64,000 nucleotides of DNA from a bacterium (GTDB taxonomy: Bacteria > UBA8248), in the NCBI GenBank assembly GCA_965213685.1, contig CBDBZY010000058.1, forward strand, positions 31,458 through 95,457. Reading direction: 5' to 3'. Made by a program: the position numbers and the translations under genes. A model generated the notes under the pieces. That model was not told the DNA's origin and did not search any database. It saw nothing but the letters and a program-made list of their open reading frames with translations. This document shows, piece by piece, positions 59,482-64,000 of the stretch (position 1 is the first letter of the stretch; each line of letters opens with the position of its first letter).

Positions 59482-60945
59482 TCACGCCTTCCTCTTCCAG
59501 AGGGTGCCGCCCGGGCCATCCTCCAGGACGACGCCGGCCGCCGCGAGCGCCTCCCGGATGCGGTCGGCCTCGGGGAAGTCCCTGTTCGAGCGCGCCTGCG
59601 CGCGCCTTTTCAGCAACTCCTCTATTTCCTCATCCAGCATGACGCCGTTTCGGGCCTCCCCGCCTCCGGCGAGCGAGACGGCCGCTGTGCCCCGGAACCA
59701 CTCCTCCGGTGCGTGGGCGAACAGGCCCAGAACGGCGCCCACCTCCTCGAACACGTCGCGGGCGGGTGCCGCCGCCGACTCGGGCAGCGCGCCCGCCTCG
59801 TTGATGAAGCCGTTGATCCGGCGCGCGAAATCGAACAGGCACCCCAGGGCGCGCGCGGTGTTGAAGTCATCGTCCATGGCCTCGACGAACCGGGCGCGAA
59901 ACGAGGCGACCGCCTCCTCCACCCGCTCGCCCCAGCCGTCCGCATCCTCCCCGCCGCCGCCCCGGGCGAGCCTGAGCCGCACGTTGTAGAGGCGGTCCAG
60001 CCCCTTCCTCGCCTCGCCCACCACCTGATCCGAATAATCCACCGGATGTCTGTAGTGCGCACCCAGCAGGAAATAGCGAATCACCTCGGCGGGATGGTCC
60101 CGGAGTATCGCCTTGATGGTGAAGAAGTTCCCCTTCGACTTGCTCATCTTCTCGTGGTTGATCCGCACGAAGCCGTTATGCATCCAGTAGCGCACCCAGT
60201 CATGGCCGAAGCAGCCCTCGCTTTGCGCTATCTCGTTCTCATGGTGGGGAAACACCAAGTCCTCGCCACCGCCATGAATGTCGAACCTCTCGCCCAGATA
60301 GCGGCTCGACATGACGGAGCATTCGATATGCCAGCCCGGCCGGCCCCCGCCCCAGGGGCTCTCCCACTCCGGCTCGCCGGGCTTCGCCGCCTTCCAGAGC
60401 GCGAAGTCGAGCGGGTTGCGCTTGCCCGCGCCGGGCTCTACGCGGTGGCCCGCCTCCAGCTCCTCCGTGTTCCGGCCCGAGAGCTTGCCGTAGTCCGGGA
60501 ACCGGGCGACGTCGTAATAGACGTTGCCGTCCGCCTGGTAGGCGACGCCCTTGTCGATCAACGCCGAGATCATGCCGACCATGCCCTCGACGTTCTCCGT
60601 GGCGCGCGGCGATACGTCCGCCCGCCGGATTCCGAGCGCGTCCATGTCGGCGTAGTATTCCCGGATGAATTTTTCGGTCAGCTCGCCGATGGGAACTCTC
60701 AGGCGCCTGGCGCGCGCGATGATCTTGTCGTCCACGTCCGTGAAGTTGCACACGAAGCGGACGGCGTAGCCGCGGTATGAGAAGTAGCGGCGGATCACGT
60801 CGAAAACGATGGCGGCGCGCGCGTGTCCCAGATGGCAATGGTCATAGACCGTCACCCCGCAGACGTACATCCCCACCCGGCCCGCCTCGAGGGGGATGAA
60901 AGGCTCCTTTTTTCGGCGTAACGTGTTGTAGAGCTGAATGCCCAA
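59482..60945 (-). CDS. cysS: Cysteinyl-tRNA synthetase
   Basis: CGVTVY, HLGH, GRPGWHIECS and KMSKS. Confidence 0.97.
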   Translation of the reverse strand: MGIQLYNTLRRKKEPFIPLEAGRVGMYVCGVTVYDHCHLGHARAAIVFDVIRRYFSYRGYAVRFVCNFTDVDDKIIARARRLRVPIGELTEKFIREYYADMDALGIRRADVSPRATENVEGMVGMISALIDKGVAYQADGNVYYDVARFPDYGKLSGRNTEELEAGHRVEPGAGKRNPLDFALWKAAKPGEPEWESPWGGGRPGWHIECSVMSSRYLGERFDIHGGGEDLVFPHHENEIAQSEGCFGHDWVRYWMHNGFVRINHEKMSKSKGNFFTIKAILRDHPAEVIRYFLLGAHYRHPVDYSDQVVGEARKGLDRLYNVRLRLARGGGGEDADGWGERVEEAVASFRARFVEAMDDDFNTARALGCLFDFARRINGFINEAGALPESAAAPARDVFEEVGAVLGLFAHAPEEWFRGTAAVSLAGGGEARNGVMLDEEIEELLKRRAQARSNRDFPEADRIREALAAAGVVLEDGPGGTLWKRKA

Positions 60946-61047
60946 GCGACTCTCTCCAGAATCCGCGTCATTCCGCGCTGCGATAATACGCTCCGGGCGC
61001 TCCGGGCGGCTTTCGGCGGGAAACTTGTCATGGCCCGCGAGCGGGCG

Positions 61048-61531
61048 TCAAGGAGAATCCACCCTTACCACGCAAACCGCCTGCGCCGCGACCCCCTCCT
61101 CGCGCCCCGTGAAGCCCAGCCCCTCGCTCGTCGTCGCCTTGACGCCCACCAGGGCGGCGGAGAGGCCCATCGTGGCCGAGAGCGCCTCGCGCATCGCAGG
61201 GACGTGGGGCGCCAGCTTGGGCCGCTGCGCCACGACCACGGCGTCCACGTTCTGGGGACGCATGCCCGCCCTCCGCCAGAAGCGCCACCACGCGCGCGAG
61301 GAGCCTCTGGCTGTCCGCGCCCCGATACGCCTCGTCCGTGTCGGGAAAGTGAACGCCGATGTCGCCCAGGGCCGCAGCCCCGAGCAGCGCGTCGCAAATC
61401 GCGTGGGTGAGGGCGTCGGCGTCGGAATGTCCGCCCAGACCCCGCTCGTGGGGAATCTCCACGCCGCCGAGCACGAGCCTGCGACCCGCCTCGAAGCGAT
61501 GCACGTCGTAGCCGATTCCCACGCGAATCAA
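61048..61531 (-). CDS. ispF: MECDP synthase (one extra G near 61269-61271, probable assembly error)
   Basis: [14 protein letters not shown] and GDIG.HFP, then [11 protein letters not shown] and KATT.EGLG in the next frame. Confidence 0.92.
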
Positions 61532-62295
61532 GCGCGCACCCCTCGTCTCCCCCAATCCCTCTCCGCGCCCAGCAGCCGCGCCGCCCGCTCCATGTCCCCG
61601 GGCGTCGTCACCTTGATGTTCTGCGCGCCGCCCTCCACGAGCCTCACCCGGACGCCGACCGCCTCCAGCAGCGCCGCCTCGTCGGTTCCCTCGAACCGGT
61701 TCGCCTCGGCCCACGCAAGCGCGCGCCAGAGCAGCGCCCGGCGCGCCACCTGCGGCGTCTGGGCGAGCCACAGCCCCTCGCGCGGGCGCGTCCGCTCGAC
61801 GTAGCCGTCGGCGTCCGCCTCCTTCACCGTGTCCACCACGCGCACCGCCGCCGCACTCGCTCCCGTTTCCGCCGCCCCGCGCAGGCACCTCTCCATCAGC
61901 CCGGGCGGCAAGAGGGGCCGCGCCCCGTCGTGCACGACCACCCAGGCCACGCCCTCGGGGAGGGCGGCGAGCCCGTTTCTCACCGAATCCTGGCGGTGCG
62001 CGCCGCCCTCCACGATTTGCAAGTCCACGTCGATGCCGCCCGGAATCCCGGGCGGGTGCGACAGCGCGGGAACCACCAGGACGATTCGGCCGACCAGCCC
62101 CGCGCGCGCGATGCGCAGCAGGCAGTGATGGAACAGGGGCCTCCCCGCAAGAAGCCGAAACTGCTTCTCCACCGCTCCCGGCAGACGCAGGCCCCTTCCC
62201 GCGGCGGGAATCACCGCCGCCACCTCCTCGGGTGCGGGCAACGGGGACGGGGCGGGCGCGCCCTCAGACGCCGATTCTGGGGAGTTGCGCTTCAT
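61528..62295 (-). CDS. ispD: CDP-ME synthase
   Basis: [23 protein letters not shown] and NIKVTT. Confidence 0.95.
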   Translation of the reverse strand: MKRNSPESASEGAPAPSPLPAPEEVAAVIPAAGRGLRLPGAVEKQFRLLAGRPLFHHCLLRIARAGLVGRIVLVVPALSHPPGIPGGIDVDLQIVEGGAHRQDSVRNGLAALPEGVAWVVVHDGARPLLPPGLMERCLRGAAETGASAAAVRVVDTVKEADADGYVERTRPREGLWLAQTPQVARRALLWRALAWAEANRFEGTDEAALLEAVGVRVRLVEGGAQNIKVTTPGDMERAARLLGAERDWGRRGVRA

Positions 62296-63334
62296 CGCGT
62301 ATTTTCGTGAAAATCATCCGGCCGGCGGTCGTCTGCAGAACGCTCGTCACCGAGACGGGCACCTTCTCGCCGATGCGATCCTTCGCGTTGTCCACCACCA
62401 CCATCGTCCCGTCGTCCAGATAGCCGACCCCCTGGTTGTGCTCCTTGCCCTCCTTGCTCACGAGCACGCTCATGTCCTCGCCGGGCAGAACCACCGGCTT
62501 CACGGCGTTCGCCAGCTCGTTGATGTTGAGAACCCGCACCCCCTGCAGCTCCGCCACCTTGTTCAGGTTGAAGTCGTTGGTGATCACCATGCCGCACATC
62601 TCCTTGCCGAGGAGCACGAGCTTGGTGTCCACCTCTTTCACGCGGGGGAAGTCCGTCTCCAGAATGTGGATGTCGATATCCTGGTTCTCCTGAATCCTCT
62701 GGAGGATGTCGAGGCCCCGGCGCCCGCGGTTTCTCTTGAGGGAATCCGACGAATCCGCAATCTGCTGCAACTCCTTGAGCACGAACTGGGGCAGCACCAG
62801 GGGGCCCTCCACGAAGCCCGCCTCGCAGATGTCCGCGATGCGCCCGTCGATGACGACGCTGGTGTCCAGTATCTTGGCGTGGTGGTATTTCTTGCCTTCC
62901 GCCTCCTTCCCCTTCCCGACGCCGGGGAAATGCCGCCTGCCCTGCGCCGCACCGAGGGAGACGCCCAGCCAGCAGAGCGACAGGCCGATGAAGACGCCGG
63001 CCAGCGGACGGGCGCCGCCGGGAATCGCCTCGCCCGCCACGGCGATGACGGCCAGCGAGGCCAGCAGGCCCGCGAGCAGGCCGGCCGCGCCGCCGGCCAG
63101 GGCGCCGACCGCGACGTTGCCGAGCCCCCGGACGGTCGCGCACAGAAGCGCACCCGCCAGGACGCCGGCGAGCAGGCCCGCCAGGCGGCCGGGGGTGCCC
63201 ATCTCCCCGCCCATGCCCGCGCCCAGCAGCCCGCACAGGAGGATGGGCAGGGCCTCCAGGCAGCGAAGCGCGAGGGACGGCCGCCGCCCGTTTTGGGGGA
63301 TCGCCATGTCCTTGATGGGTTTGGGTTTCGCCAT
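62264..63334 (-). CDS. Membrane PIN/TRAM-domain protein (YacL-like)
   Basis: N-terminal TM helices, [30 protein letters not shown] and [11 protein letters not shown]. Confidence 0.93.
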   Translation of the reverse strand: MAKPKPIKDMAIPQNGRRPSLALRCLEALPILLCGLLGAGMGGEMGTPGRLAGLLAGVLAGALLCATVRGLGNVAVGALAGGAAGLLAGLLASLAVIAVAGEAIPGGARPLAGVFIGLSLCWLGVSLGAAQGRRHFPGVGKGKEAEGKKYHHAKILDTSVVIDGRIADICEAGFVEGPLVLPQFVLKELQQIADSSDSLKRNRGRRGLDILQRIQENQDIDIHILETDFPRVKEVDTKLVLLGKEMCGMVITNDFNLNKVAELQGVRVLNINELANAVKPVVLPGEDMSVLVSKEGKEHNQGVGYLDDGTMVVVDNAKDRIGEKVPVSVTSVLQTTAGRMIFTKIRDEAQLPRIGV

Positions 63335-63419
63335 GCTCGCCTCTCTCCCGCGCCGCCGCGCACAAGATAGAAGATAAAATGCGAGAGGCCGACCGGCGGC
63401 GGACGCGGGCGGGAAGCCA

Positions 63420-63902
63420 TTACGCCCCGAAAACGAAATCCCCGCTTTTTCCGCCCGTCTTGCGCACCAGCCGAACCTCCGAGAGCACCATGCCCCTGTC
63501 CACCGCCTTGCACATATCGTAGACGGTAAGTCCCGCCACGCTGACGGCCGTCAGCGCCTCCATCTCCGCGCCCGTCCTGTCTTGGGCGCGCACGGACGCC
63601 TCGATGCGGAGCGCACCGGCCGGCGCGTCTGCGGAGAAGCCTATCTCCACGCTCGATATGCGCAGTGGATGACACATCGGAATGAGGTTCGCGCACCCCT
63701 TGGCCGCCATGACGCCGGCGACGCGCGCGACGCCCAAGACGTCGCCCTTGGGCAGGCCGCCCTCGAGGATGAGGCGCAGGGTCTCGGGCGCCATCTCCAG
63801 GCGGCCGCGCGCCACGGCTTCGCGACGGGTGACCCGCTTTCCGCCCACGTCCACCATACGGGCGCGGCCTTCCTCGTCGAGATGAGAGAGTTCGCGAGAC
63901 AC
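63420..63902 (-). CDS. moaC: Cyclic pyranopterin monophosphate synthase
   Basis: ARMVDV, LIPMCHP, EMEALT, YDMCK and KTGGKSG. Confidence 0.95.
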   Translation of the reverse strand: MSRELSHLDEEGRARMVDVGGKRVTRREAVARGRLEMAPETLRLILEGGLPKGDVLGVARVAGVMAAKGCANLIPMCHPLRISSVEIGFSADAPAGALRIEASVRAQDRTGAEMEALTAVSVAGLTVYDMCKAVDRGMVLSEVRLVRKTGGKSGDFVFGA

Positions 63903-63960
63903 CCGAAGCGCCCTCCCCGCGCGGAATCCTCGAAACGAGCTGCTCCCCTTCTGGAGCGAA

Positions 63961-63988
63961 ATCATACAGCAAGGGCGGGAAATGGCAA
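63961..63988 (-). promoter_or_regulatory. Putative promoter of moaC
   Basis: Minus strand TTGCCA-16 bp-TATGAT. Confidence 0.55.
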
Positions 63989-64000
63989 GGAGGAGGACGC

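Overview
High-GC bacterial chromosomal window. Gene order and the RpoB insertion suggest a Nitrospinota/Tectomicrobia/Deltaproteobacteria-like lineage, but this is inference only. (1) 1-5.3 kb: the right end of a phage-tail-like gene cluster with a tail-tip fragment, a fibre-like gene, two membrane proteins, a lipoprotein cassette, a 38-bp repeat/36-bp spacer/38-bp repeat unit and a tape-measure-like gene placed last, running directly into cinA. (2) 5.3-23.6 kb: accessory metabolism, comprising cinA, an AT-rich secreted ORF, two divergent catabolic operons, a Na+-translocating acyl-CoA decarboxylase operon (mmdA-D-C-B order) with a family III CoA-transferase and a GntR regulator, ald and a thioesterase. 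(3) 23.6-57.6 kb: a contiguous minus-strand ribosomal supercluster (alpha, spc, S10, str, rpoBC, rplKAJL, nusG, secE, two tuf copies, five tRNAs), with rpmG absent from its usual site. (4) 57.6-64 kb: rlmB, an orphan DpnA-like adenine methyltransferase, cysS, ispF, ispD, a PIN/TRAM gene and moaC. Single-base homopolymer indels in rpoB, rplD, rplJ and ispF indicate assembly errors, so frameshifts here should be treated sceptically. The best candidates for new biology are the CoA-transferase-coupled Na+ decarboxylase module, the rearranged tail-like cluster with its mini repeat-spacer unit, the aberrant codon usage of both tuf genes, and an N-terminally extended IF-1.
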